From: Chiloscyllium plagiosum
Taxonomy: Eukaryota
Direction of reading: 5' to 3'
Length of the DNA: 51,127 nt
NCBI RefSeq assembly: GCF_004010195.1
Contig: NC_057719.1
Location: forward strand, 42,163,917-42,215,043
Made by a program: the position numbers and the translations under genes. Numbering within the stretch: position 1 is the stretch's first letter; every line of letters starts with the position of its first letter. Positions 50,473 through 51,127 of the stretch are shown in pieces. The notes beneath the pieces are model-generated. The model saw only the letters and a list, made by a program, of their open reading frames with translations, did not search any database and had not been told where the DNA came from.

Positions 50473-51127
50473 ACCCAACCAGCTCCCAGCTCCCAGCCCT
50501 GCCGAGTTTTCACCATCCCCCCAGACCTCCCCCTCACTGAGGACGAACGATCAGTCCTCAGCAAAGGACTCACCTTCGTCCCCCTCCGTCCATGCATCAA
50601 TGAATTTAATACACGCCGTGACATCGAACAATTCTTCCGTCGCCTCCGCCTCCGAGCTTACTTTCACAATCAGGACTCCCGCCCACCTTCCGAGGACCCC
50701 TTCGCCCACCTCCAACACACTACATCCACCTGGACACCCCGCGCTGGCCTATTACCTGCCCTCGACCTCTTCATTTCCAACTGCCGCCGGGACATTAACC
50801 GCCTCAACCTGTCGACCCCCCTCCACCACTCCAACCTCTCACCCTCACAACGCGCAGCCCTCCAATCCCTCTGCTCCAATCCTGACCTCACCATCAAGCC
50901 AGCGCACAAAGGGGGCGCAGTGGTAGTCTGGCGCACTGACCCCTACATCGCTGAAGCCAAACGCCAACTCGAGGACACATCTTCCTACCGCCCCCTTGAC
51001 CATGACCCCACCCCCCATCACCAAACCATCATCTCCCAGACCATACAGAACCTCATCACCTCAGGAGATCTCCCACCCACAGCTTCCAACCTCATAGTCC
51101 AGGAACCCCGCACTGCCGGTTCTACCT
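50473..51127 (+). mobile_element. Penelope-like element ORF (pre-RT region), abutting and probably inserted into the CR1; continues past the window
   Basis: Open frame read by hand: RVFTIPPDLPLTEDERSVLSKGLTFVP...FFRRLRLRAYF...LTIKPAHKGGAVVVW...YRPLDHDPT. Confidence 0.9.

Noticed and set aside
50345..50926. 193-aa Pro/Ser/Thr-rich ORF resembling an FH1 or mucin region
   Set aside because: It is a chimera of the CR1 frame and an off-frame reading of the C-rich Penelope sequence, on the wrong strand for INF2.
1..51127. CRISPR arrays, operons or other prokaryotic systems
   Set aside because: The sequence is spliced vertebrate DNA, and no regularly spaced repeat-spacer array was seen.

Overview
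This is eukaryotic genomic DNA. The repeat content (CR1 LINEs, a V-SINE resembling the elasmobranch HE1 family, Penelope-like elements) points to a cartilaginous fish, probably a shark; this is an inference. Two spliced inverted-formin-2 (INF2) family genes lie head-to-tail on the minus strand. (1) At 47709-~35050 is the 3' half of a conventional INF2: end of FH2, WH2/DAD, long C-terminal exon, a 57-nt CAAX cassette exon ending CLLH*, and a probable non-CAAX terminal exon. (2) At 19278-1057 are the first five coding exons of a second, more divergent INF2-like gene (N-terminal extension plus GBD/DID), which runs off the left edge. Each gene has one GC-AG intron. The rest is intronic or intergenic and repeat-rich. 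It contains CR1 and L2 fragments, Penelope-like elements with degenerate hammerhead-ribozyme motifs, two TA-flanked Tigger-like MITEs, SINEs, a perfect 148-bp inverted duplication, a ~1.4-kb tandem duplication with a CR1 in only one copy, and a 311-nt assembly gap. Exons were read by hand. Human INF2 comparisons are from memory, and repeat boundaries are approximate.
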